A stretch of 64,000 bases of DNA, taken from sequence record MW845758.1. One strand, given 5' to 3'. The translations under genes were made by a program, and so were the position numbers. Within the stretch, counting starts at the first letter, position 1. Every line of letters begins with the position of its first letter. The notes under the pieces were generated by a model. It searched no databases, was not told the origin of the DNA, and saw nothing but the letters and a program-made list of their open reading frames with translations. Shown here in pieces: positions 38,101-45,291 of this stretch.

Positions 38101-38846
38101 AAGCTGCGTAAACGCAGAGCGAAGTTCACCGCAGTGGTTTGTTTAAACAACGACGGGAGGTTGAAGTTCATTATCAGACGGTAGTCGTTGATAACAGGCT
38201 GTGGGCCAATCGTGAAGTAGAGCGGTGAGTTTGGCTTTTGTTTAACCAGCCAAGACAAATCGTTCTGATAGACGAGTTCCTGACGAGAGTAGTTGCCGTC
38301 GTAACCTATTGCCGGATACGAAGACTCAACAAACGGATCAGGTAAAGGTGGCTTCTCAGAGATTTTGGTACCGATAGCAGCAATCGCCTGCATCAGTTTC
38401 CATTCACCCTGCCAGTTCTCTTTATCAAACTGGATATCCACCGGTGGGAAATACACTTCACCAATAATCTCTTCCCACTGGCAGTCAACCGGGTACTTGG
38501 CAGCATTTGCTGCGCGTTCCGCTGCGATTTGTGCACTGGTGGCAGCACCGTTACCTACCGCGTGGTAAGTAACTGCAAAGTTATTGACGTAATCTTCGTT
38601 GGTTATCCAGATGCTACCATGGATGTTACGGCCAGTACGTTGGATACCGGTCATGTAACGGTGAGCAAACACGTAGTCGCGACCGAACTTCAGTTCCTTA
38701 CCATTAGAGGTAACTACAATAGAACCGGTGTAAAAAGGGGCGTTAGCGGGAATGAGCACTCGGTACTTCGAACCGATAGGCGTAACCACCTCTTGGGGAA
38801 TTAAATTCCCCTCTTCTTTCTGATGTGGGTCAAAGACGACTGCCAT
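35193..38846 (-). CDS. Large tail-fibre-like protein (1217 aa)
   Basis: NAPFY..GRDYVF N-module; HVLDKNDPH; LGNVPN..GHTH; GLVRL. Confidence 0.8.
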   Translation of the reverse strand: MAVVFDPHQKEEGNLIPQEVVTPIGSKYRVLIPANAPFYTGSIVVTSNGKELKFGRDYVFAHRYMTGIQRTGRNIHGSIWITNEDYVNNFAVTYHAVGNGAATSAQIAAERAANAAKYPVDCQWEEIIGEVYFPPVDIQFDKENWQGEWKLMQAIAAIGTKISEKPPLPDPFVESSYPAIGYDGNYSRQELVYQNDLSWLVKQKPNSPLYFTIGPQPVINDYRLIMNFNLPSLFKQTTAVNFALRLRSFWGSGFVALGLEYLSGDLALVLYANSTTYPITTLGKGLNLFQKPFTVTVINSKTHDTLSVVIVQDGVTLFNYTVDIHNPPASVAAEWTLYNVETKLTNRVTDIRLYFDAGKNDTFSFNDYPGYSYSADDNAPVLALLKDYAEIVNELYRGSPAHDHVLDKNDPHEDTPGSILALPLNDIAADATLIFGRTQAALATYINGLLPKATDLNNRILRIGNNTPVPGAFTMQPGLGQISSTSQAQESAGVETLGTVDDKMIRLLSKAESRYSTTQTATAKAGANSLVLYNDTRGLQWNGKPLLDPTTVIPYLPGVSGSGDGLFYGESTATFTLNGNGISTVPFKVTWVPPTKTNRDTPALRTLTVDFGTSDDLMATPALLSKLDALFTGKLLLSKATINGMSLASSVTIDKVTFNLGNVPNIADLKLDISTAQQAELDKYADTGHTHTLEELGIVTATDKVKGLVRLGGVVDDASLALDSGLVTPLVTRTSTLSASANNVDSGAVIDIIRFGEPGSAVIANAITASGWMVSIKANTYFVRTRFDIPLGSFNLTQITSSPSNKTYYVYADVANNAGQYRVSLTKLPESDTLTEIGSFTTNDSTVSDSTLRNVTRLGDFREMVDHIASKNDHSLRAMSQAAFGYSFNAMGEDWFGGLKGQQRLDADWRGRGVSGWKSRESVKWGALNSSYNGFVFSPNGVSANDHLLMQCISAYYQMASMSVTFYPTDITGNADSLLEIMGLGYTDSKGNFNRFSLLLSLSNYISDSGGNLCHLGFAINYGSPKQIIIGIPDFPVNAGNTWASIGGTTALFAGPSTIRWTVQMPASTVMTFNLKTGILTVGSFTTDLNARLSAAGIVLADAQPAKLKRYYGVGGSFSDTFRVQVNAAATMGDADVYSTLPSFVENYSGLNRARYIEGTLTTAMLAMTDTALRAAIVQAESTKMQYGGIPRFISTADLILYTDKVNKRYTGVVLRD

Positions 38847-38879
38847 TATATACTCCTCTTTCTACAAGGTCGTCGAGTT

Positions 38880-38890
38880 CATACTATGAC
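38880..38890. promoter_or_regulatory. Candidate back-to-back late promoters (CATA-C-TATG)
   Basis: Inverted TATG cores in the 68-nt gap between divergent structural genes; TATG is the late-promoter core reported for phiKZ. Confidence 0.4.
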
Positions 38891-38914
38891 CTTCACCCTT
38901 AGAGGATTTCGCCT

Positions 38915-40171
38915 GTGGCCGCTGTTTATCAAGTGCAGGCTGACCGTGCGTTCGGCTTTAATCGCAGTACCCGCAGATGGGAAGCCGTCGACGTTTCACG
39001 CCCCTTAAATCAACTGGTGAGCGACTACCAAACCTTCGAAGTGGGGTTGGAGTCTTTAGAACACCAGTACACGTTTTTCAGCCAGTACCACACGGCTGAT
39101 TTGCAAAATAGAACCGACACCTTACAGGATTGGTTAGCCACTTTGGCCGGGGTTGCTATCCCGACACTCAAAGACGGTTACCCGACACTGGAGTTTGCTT
39201 ACGCGCATTACCAGTCCCTGTTTAATGACTTCGAACCGGAACCCCACCTGTGCCCGCCGGGTTATCACTACACGCAAGACTTTGCAGTAGAGGATGCAAC
39301 CGATGTGGTGTTGGTTTTACCGGATGCGAACAAAGAAGCGTATCGTGAGAACGTGCTGTACAACATTGACGGTCAGTGGGTCTCCCACCAGTCTGACAGT
39401 GTGGGTGTGCGTTTAAACGGGGCTGGGAAGATTGTCCAAAAAGGACACGAGCCGGGTATTGGCTGCATGGTGTTTAAGAACATCGGTGGCGTACGTACCT
39501 ATCCGCTCTCCAGTCTCACCATAACGCGTTTAGATGAAACTCGCGACTATTACAGTCGTTTGATGGTAAGTCTCCCAGAAGACCTCACAGGCAAGACTGT
39601 GGCGTATGTCATTGGGGGTATCCTGCATTGGCTACCGGCCGGTTTTTACTTCAGTCAACGTGCCGTGATGTTATCGTTACCGAACCTGAACGTAATGAAG
39701 CTTGTGCATGAGACTCGTGACTATTACGATTGGGACAGTATCGGTGTGGATGATTTGTCTGTACCGACCTCGACTTACCGTATCTTGAGTTCTGCGACAC
39801 TGCTCGCGTTACTTAAACACGAGTCGTCGTTTATGGTGGTGATTGACACGCCGTGGTTAGAAGTGGATGAGGTGCCATTAAACCTTGCGGGTTCTTACGG
39901 TCGTTTCCATCTGCGAGACAGTGCAGACGTTGACAGTGCCTTACCGCTTGGGATGCTGGTCAACGACTACGGCAAGTGTGTTAACTTCTGGCCGACGTGG
40001 GAAGAAGGGGAGTGGACATTCCACACCCAAGAACTCGACCGTCCTCAGTTGTTGGCAACACACGCGCGTTGGCGTAACCAGTCTATCGTTAACGATGCTC
40101 GTCCTATCGTCACCCATCGTCCGTTCAGAGATGCACAGGTGTGGATGCGTAGACTCAAGGCACGCAAATAA
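38915..40171 (+). CDS. Putative virion structural protein
   Basis: 418-aa ORF divergent from the fibre operon; no catalytic motif; function inferred from context. Confidence 0.6.
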   Translation: MAAVYQVQADRAFGFNRSTRRWEAVDVSRPLNQLVSDYQTFEVGLESLEHQYTFFSQYHTADLQNRTDTLQDWLATLAGVAIPTLKDGYPTLEFAYAHYQSLFNDFEPEPHLCPPGYHYTQDFAVEDATDVVLVLPDANKEAYRENVLYNIDGQWVSHQSDSVGVRLNGAGKIVQKGHEPGIGCMVFKNIGGVRTYPLSSLTITRLDETRDYYSRLMVSLPEDLTGKTVAYVIGGILHWLPAGFYFSQRAVMLSLPNLNVMKLVHETRDYYDWDSIGVDDLSVPTSTYRILSSATLLALLKHESSFMVVIDTPWLEVDEVPLNLAGSYGRFHLRDSADVDSALPLGMLVNDYGKCVNFWPTWEEGEWTFHTQELDRPQLLATHARWRNQSIVNDARPIVTHRPFRDAQVWMRRLKARK

Positions 40172-40182
40172 AAAGAAAAGGC

Positions 40183-40202
40183 CCCCACTCCGAAGAGTGG
40201 GG
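40183..40202 (-). terminator. Intrinsic terminator (minus-strand polarity)
   Basis: CCCCACTC-CGAA-GAGTGGGG with an A-tract only on the left. Confidence 0.7.
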
Positions 40203-40345
40203 CGTCCGAACTGGGACAAAATCGAATCTCGTAATACTTACGCGTGTTGTCAGGGGTAGTGCTAATTGGCGTCATCCAATCGATGCATATTCCCTTCATA
40301 TTTACTCAACTGTACGTAATTTTTAAGAGTAAATAAAAGAGAGTT

Positions 40346-40369
40346 ACCCCACTCCCGAAGGAGTGGGGT
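40346..40369. terminator. Bidirectional intrinsic terminator
   Basis: ACCCCACTCC-CGAA-GGAGTGGGGT with A-tract left and T-tract right. Confidence 0.8.
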
Positions 40370-40374
40370 CGCTT

Positions 40375-40941
40375 TTACTCTTTTTTAGCCTGCTCAGATT
40401 CCAGTGTGGTTTCTGGAGCAGCGCCTGTTTTGGCAGGTTGTGCTGGGGCTTTATTAACATCAGCATTCTGCGCAGCCGGGTCAGGCTTGTTTGCGGTACC
40501 GCTGGTGTTACCTGCGGTAGGATCAGCACCGGTGCTAGCAGGGCTGTTCACTTTCGCGACATCAGATTTCGCAGCAGGGTCTAAGTTCTGACCTTCTGGG
40601 TGGATAGTCTGCGCGGTGTCTTTATCGACCAGCGCTTCGCCACGGTTAATGTCGCTCATACCCGCTATCTCTTCGCGGCGCAGCGCGATAGCTGACGCTG
40701 CATCGTCCTTTGTCGCATGTTCGTATTTCTTAGAACGATCTTTGCGATACAGGATAGCTTCGCCCGCGATGCGGTCTTTACCGGTGTAGCCAACGATTGC
40801 ATAAGCTTCAGCACCGTTGTCTTCCGCCTGCTTAGCCAACAGATTCTCAACGCCATCTGGGCTATCAGCTGCAGCACGGACACGATGATACTCTTTCCAT
40901 TCGTCAAGATTAACGTCATCAGGTGATTTGAATACTTCCAT
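40375..40941 (-). CDS. DUF1471 (YdgH/BhsA/McbA)-like protein with low-complexity C-tail, no signal peptide
   Basis: SPDGVENLLAKQAEDNGAEAYAIV..GEAILYR; start MEVFKS with RBS GAGG. Confidence 0.65.
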   Translation of the reverse strand: MEVFKSPDDVNLDEWKEYHRVRAAADSPDGVENLLAKQAEDNGAEAYAIVGYTGKDRIAGEAILYRKDRSKKYEHATKDDAASAIALRREEIAGMSDINRGEALVDKDTAQTIHPEGQNLDPAAKSDVAKVNSPASTGADPTAGNTSGTANKPDPAAQNADVNKAPAQPAKTGAAPETTLESEQAKKE

Positions 40942-41005
40942 TTCGTCCTCCAGAACGTTTAGATTAATTACTAAAATCCCCACCCTCACGAGTGGGGAGA
41001 CTGAA

Positions 41006-41242
41006 TTACTCTGCGTATTCTTGCGAATCAGCAGTATCGTTCAGTTTGTAGATAACAGCAGAACCATGCTGCTTGTTATTACCGCCGGCAGAGATAACTT
41101 TGAAGGCATCAGCGCCTTGCTCTTCGGCTTTCTGAGACAGCGCCTCGGTAACTTCGTCGAGGGTAGTCAGACCAGAAACAGATACGTGACCGATTTCTTC
41201 GTACTCGGCCGGGATACTTTCTGAAGATTGAAACTCTTTCAT
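41006..41242 (-). CDS. DUF1471 (YdgH/BhsA/McbA)-like protein, no signal peptide
   Basis: IGHVSVSG..LDEVTEALSQKAEEQGADAFKVISAGGNNKQHGSAVIYK; RBS GGAG 8 nt before the ATG. Confidence 0.8.
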   Translation of the reverse strand: MKEFQSSESIPAEYEEIGHVSVSGLTTLDEVTEALSQKAEEQGADAFKVISAGGNNKQHGSAVIYKLNDTADSQEYAE

Positions 41243-41323
41243 TGCAAACACTCCATGGTAGGGATTAGACTATGTGACTAGCATATCCTGCATAACAAAG
41301 AAAGAACCCTGTAAAAAAAGAGA

Positions 41324-41349
41324 GTCCCTACCCCGTGAGAGGTAGGGAC
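41324..41349 (-). terminator. Intrinsic terminator
   Basis: GTCCCTACC-(8 nt)-GGTAGGGAC with an A-tract on the left. Confidence 0.7.
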
Positions 41350-41464
41350 GGCTTGTATTCTTTTTTTGCTGAAAAAAGTGGCTTACAAGCGACGAGTGTG
41401 TAGTGCTACGAAATGTAGCGACGGGTATCGTCACATTACAGAGACTATCTGTAATTAATAAAGC

Positions 41465-41623
41465 CTAAGTGACCATCGGTATTTCGCACGCACGAATTTG
41501 TCGCATGAGTTGCCAATAACGGTCGGGGTTACGTAGTGCACACTCAATACCCTTGCGGGTACGGTGTGGTAGTTGTTTACACAACTTATCGACACGGGCT
41601 TTGTGTTGCGCCTTAGCGTCCAT
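41465..41623 (-). CDS. 52-aa basic hypothetical protein
   Basis: Manual: GGAG RBS, MDAKAQHKARVDKLCKQLPHRTRKGIECALRNPDRYWQLMRQIRACEIPMVT*. Confidence 0.55.
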   Translation of the reverse strand: MDAKAQHKARVDKLCKQLPHRTRKGIECALRNPDRYWQLMRQIRACEIPMVT

Positions 41624-41638
41624 AGCGTTGCTCCAGAG

Positions 41639-42565
41639 TTAATGTGGTTTAGAGACGTCTTTACCGTCGCCTTGCTCGGTGTGCGTGTGCGTGCTGTGCG
41701 CCAGTCCTGCAATAACACATTCGCTGACCGTGAATGTTCCGACACCTTCACCGACACCACCGTATTTAAAGTCAGTGGTAACTTCGAGTGGGCCTTTGAA
41801 CATAGACACTGGCGATGTGGTAAGCCAGTCTTGAGTCGTCCATTTCATCGATGTCTTTGCATTGCTGACACGTTGTTCGCACTTCTCACTGATGAGCTTC
41901 GTTTCAAGATTGATTGAACGCTTGGAAAACATAAAGATGTCTTCTTTGTTTGCGTTCACCTTGGAGAGCATGGCGTTCTCAAAACCAACGTCATCCTCTA
42001 CCGAGTTTATCCAATACTTGTTGCCTTTGTGGTCTTGACATAACCAAGTACCGTCTCGTGTATTAAATTGATGCAGGAAGGCTGCCTTCTCACCGTTGAC
42101 CATAGAGGTACGCAGAGTGATGTGGCCTTCTTTGGATGAGACGTTTAGAACGTACGCATTCGAGAAGTCATCCGCCATTTGGTTGTTCGGGTCTGCTGCC
42201 CATGCGTAGATGACGTTTTCCAGCTTCTTCACGTTGGAGATATCGAAATCCATCCAGAAGAACATGTCCGTCTCACCTAAGCGAAATAACATGACCGAAT
42301 CTTCTTTACACACATCCGGTGAGGTTTTGCGGTTTGTGTTCCACTTCCACCACCGAGCCCTGATGGAGTTCCCCTGTTTGATTTTCAGGTTGTCCTGTGA
42401 GCCGTTACTGATATGAGTAAATTCGTCTTCGGAGGACTCCGCATCAACGTTGGTTGGGTTGACGAAGTTCACCTCAATGGCGATAGCGTCGATGTAATCT
42501 GTGCCGGGTGTCTTGTCTTTTGTGACAATGCCAATCGAGTAGAACTGTACTTGTGAGTTAACCAT
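41639..42565 (-). CDS. Baseplate central spike (gpV/gp138-like)
   Basis: N-terminal OB-like region (IGIV..DK, RWW..N.KTSPDV), beta-repeat shaft, metal-binding tip HSTHTHTE..DVSKP. Confidence 0.75.
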   Translation of the reverse strand: MVNSQVQFYSIGIVTKDKTPGTDYIDAIAIEVNFVNPTNVDAESSEDEFTHISNGSQDNLKIKQGNSIRARWWKWNTNRKTSPDVCKEDSVMLFRLGETDMFFWMDFDISNVKKLENVIYAWAADPNNQMADDFSNAYVLNVSSKEGHITLRTSMVNGEKAAFLHQFNTRDGTWLCQDHKGNKYWINSVEDDVGFENAMLSKVNANKEDIFMFSKRSINLETKLISEKCEQRVSNAKTSMKWTTQDWLTTSPVSMFKGPLEVTTDFKYGGVGEGVGTFTVSECVIAGLAHSTHTHTEQGDGKDVSKPH

Positions 42566-42719
42566 GGGAGTCTCCTTATCATAGTATCTTCTTTTTTACG
42601 TGTTAGGGATCTATTGTGCAGAAGAATCAAGACACGGGGGTAGGGGGATATGTGTATCCCCTATAACAGGGAGTCGAGGGACGAGACGACATCCTTTAGA
42701 TCTAAGCGAGAGGTAGAAC

Positions 42720-43130
42720 GTGGAATCGGTAATCAGTGCAGTAACCCATAAAGACCCCACCGAGCTCTTGGAGGTGTTTGTCAGGGACGTATTGCCCACG
42801 GTGATGAGCGAGTGGGTCGTGGGTCCGATAGAGACGTACATCTTGGGGAAGCTGGCCTATCCTTATACCCACATGATGCTGTGGGAAAGTCAACGACCGC
42901 CGGTGGCAGTACACCACCCGTTACTCGATAACCTCGAAGAGGCGATGGGGGTTGCTGGGGTGGCGGCGTTTGGCATGCCGGCCAGAGGGATGGTGCGGGT
43001 ACGGCTCGCTGACCACCCTGCATTAGTACAGGCGGTGCGTATTGAGCTTGCGGTGTTAACCAAACCGGTTGACCACCCAGAGAAGACCCCGCTTCGCGTG
43101 ACGGCGGTGGTAAAGGTCAGCCCTAAATAA
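42720..43130 (+). CDS. Hypothetical protein
   Basis: 136 aa, GTG start after GAGG. Confidence 0.55.
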   Translation: MESVISAVTHKDPTELLEVFVRDVLPTVMSEWVVGPIETYILGKLAYPYTHMMLWESQRPPVAVHHPLLDNLEEAMGVAGVAAFGMPARGMVRVRLADHPALVQAVRIELAVLTKPVDHPEKTPLRVTAVVKVSPK

Positions 43131-43135
43131 TTACG

Positions 43136-43147
43136 GATAGATATCAT
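43136..43147 (+). promoter_or_regulatory. Candidate early promoter motif GATAGATATCAT
   Basis: Recurs at 45155 and 48966, each time at the start of a + strand unit. Confidence 0.5.
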
Positions 43148-43221
43148 CATTGTGCACTACCGTTTCCTAAATCCCTCGTATTGAGTTGGTGCGGTCGGTA
43201 GGTTGCAATGAGGATAATGTA

Positions 43222-43890
43222 ATGTCAAAATACCCAAGTGATGTAGAACCGAAAACAACAGCCCGTGGTCCTTTTGGTGGCACTTACGATGTCGCGGAGT
43301 TCTTTCCGTGTATGGGTAAGAACTGGCAAAAGGCGGAAGCGTGCCTTCGTCCTCTGTTACCGTCGTGGATGCGCCGTATGGGCGGACCCGTTGAGGGGAA
43401 CCATGCTTTCACTGTTGAGAAACAGTACGACGATGTGGCGACATTTAAGCGTTACGTGGCTGAACCGTTGGAACAGGAACTCAATGCGCGACTGACCGAC
43501 GGTTCGTTTGTTATCGTTGGGGGTCACTACGCCAAAGGGAAACCGCGTCGGGGTGACAGCAGTTGCTTCGGTCTGGTATTGCAAATCACGCATCACGACA
43601 AAGACGGTCTTCAGATTCAGGGGAGCGTGTTTAGCGGAGTGGTGGTGTTCCAGAACCGTGCGCATTGGGAAATTGATTTCGTGCCGGACGTCAACGACCG
43701 TACACGTAATGACCCGGTTTGGCTACTGCAGTCCAAAGATACCAAAGTCCACGGACCATCTGTGGTGCCAACTGGCATGCGCTTAGACATGTACGGCCAG
43801 GTCTGCGTAGAAAACGGTTGGACGGATTATCGCGTGATGGGCCAGCAGATATTATTAACAGTTGAGCTGGTTATTAAGAAAGCAGAGTAA
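43222..43890 (+). CDS. Hypothetical protein
   Basis: Start MSKYPSD after GAGG; 222 aa. Confidence 0.7.
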   Translation: MSKYPSDVEPKTTARGPFGGTYDVAEFFPCMGKNWQKAEACLRPLLPSWMRRMGGPVEGNHAFTVEKQYDDVATFKRYVAEPLEQELNARLTDGSFVIVGGHYAKGKPRRGDSSCFGLVLQITHHDKDGLQIQGSVFSGVVVFQNRAHWEIDFVPDVNDRTRNDPVWLLQSKDTKVHGPSVVPTGMRLDMYGQVCVENGWTDYRVMGQQILLTVELVIKKAE

Positions 43891-43900
43891 GCAGTAACTG

Positions 43901-43925
43901 AGGGAGCCTAGGCTCCCTTTTTTTG
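43901..43925 (+). terminator. Intrinsic terminator
   Basis: Palindrome AGGGAGCCTAGGCTCCCT followed by a T-run. Confidence 0.8.
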
Positions 43926-43950
43926 TTCGAATTATAAGGAGAATATACAC

Positions 43951-44502
43951 ATGCAGTTAAATCGCTTTAAGAAAGTAGAAGAATTCAAAGCCGCGTTTCC
44001 TAAACAACTTGAGCAATTAGATTTCTCAAACCTCGAACAACAGATACTCAGCTCGGGCGGTCGCTTGGCCGTGGCGGTGGTTGATGGGAACATTGTGTCC
44101 ATCTTCGCTGAAATCCATCCGAACCCGATGGTCACCGTGTTGAGCTGTGTGGCGAACTTTGCTCCCGTGATTGAGCATGACGTGTTCGTGCAATACAACC
44201 AAGAACACAAACTTGGGTTTGTTTTGGTGGACGTCCCGACGTGGTTAAAAGTCGAAGGGGTTACGCCACTGTCTGTTATCTGCCGTTCACCGAAAGCCAC
44301 ATTGGGTTATCCTCTGAACCAGTTTGATATCACCGACAAACAGAACCTGCGTAAGCGTCTGCGTGAAGTGCGTAACAGCACCCAACCGTACGATTACCAA
44401 ATCCAGATGATTGGCTGTACACCGGAACAAATCGAGAACGGTCGTGCCCATCTTGCTGCTCTGTCTTATGAGCCCGTACGGCATCAGTACGCGATTAACT
44501 AA
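43951..44502 (+). CDS. Hypothetical protein
   Basis: 183 aa; RBS AAGGAG. Confidence 0.75.
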   Translation: MQLNRFKKVEEFKAAFPKQLEQLDFSNLEQQILSSGGRLAVAVVDGNIVSIFAEIHPNPMVTVLSCVANFAPVIEHDVFVQYNQEHKLGFVLVDVPTWLKVEGVTPLSVICRSPKATLGYPLNQFDITDKQNLRKRLREVRNSTQPYDYQIQMIGCTPEQIENGRAHLAALSYEPVRHQYAIN

Positions 44503-44513
44503 GAGGCACGATC

Positions 44514-45059
44514 ATGAAGGTCACCGCATTTCTGGCAGCAGCCGGTAAGTTAGAGACACTGCCGGAACAATCCCCCAGTTTTAAACTGGTGAAAGACGCC
44601 CCTGTATTGAAGGCGTTTATTGACTCCGAACGTGGTGAGTCAAGTGACCCGGTTACCATCTTCGAAACCGAAGTGGAAATTAAAAACCTGTGGGTGAACC
44701 TGCGTAAGGGCAACTACATCAAACTCCAGCAGGTTGAGGATTTGATGGGGCGTGATTTCGCCATTCGTTTTGCCGTGCGCAACGAACACCAGATTCAGAA
44801 AACCGAGCAGTACAAAAAGGTGCGTGAACTGAACCCGGGCATCACCATGCGTGGTTACCTGCGTCACACCGTACCGGTACTGCCGGATGTGTATCTGCAA
44901 CCGGAAACCGTGTTCGCCAATAAAGAGATTGTGGCGAAGCTCGTGAAAGAAGGTTACGACGGTGCCAGCACGTTAGGACTGGGTGCGTTTGAAGCCACCC
45001 CGCAGTATTTCGCCTTCTCAGCCGAGCAGCTGAAAGTGCGTCGTACGCAGACCGTATAA
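44514..45059 (+). CDS. Hypothetical protein, possible degenerate ADP-ribosyltransferase fold
   Basis: C-terminal EGYDG..QYFAFSAEQLK resembles the end of ART-PolyVal-type domains; N-terminal HGT motif absent. Confidence 0.6.
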   Translation: MKVTAFLAAAGKLETLPEQSPSFKLVKDAPVLKAFIDSERGESSDPVTIFETEVEIKNLWVNLRKGNYIKLQQVEDLMGRDFAIRFAVRNEHQIQKTEQYKKVRELNPGITMRGYLRHTVPVLPDVYLQPETVFANKEIVAKLVKEGYDGASTLGLGAFEATPQYFAFSAEQLKVRRTQTV

Positions 45060-45068
45060 AGTAAGAGT

Positions 45069-45106
45069 GGATTACACCTTCGGGTGTAATCCCTTTTCTT
45101 TTTTTT
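45069..45106 (+). terminator. Intrinsic terminator
   Basis: GGATTACACC-TTCG-GGTGTAATCC followed by a long T-run. Confidence 0.9.
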
Positions 45107-45154
45107 ACGTCTACATTTTTTCTTTTGGGGTATGTCTGAACGGATTTTATTTCA

Positions 45155-45166
45155 GATATATATCAT
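45155..45166 (+). promoter_or_regulatory. Candidate early promoter motif GATATATATCAT
   Basis: Same motif family as 43136 and 48966. Confidence 0.5.
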
Positions 45167-45291
45167 TGAGGTGGAGTTGTGTTGTACTCCTTTTGATCCC
45201 AACATTAATCGTCGCTATCGGCGGGTCATTCCACACGACCAATGGTTTCGTGTGCCCGTTTCCGAATCCGACACAAACAGGTAATACAAAA

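Noticed and set aside
40045-40299. 84-aa minus-strand ORF
   Set aside because: It runs through a terminator and overlaps the opposite-strand gene; retained only as a possible short transcript.
45067-45291. 75-aa hydrophobic N-terminus of ORF 45067..46833
   Set aside because: It is translated from a terminator, T-runs and the promoter motif; not credible coding sequence.
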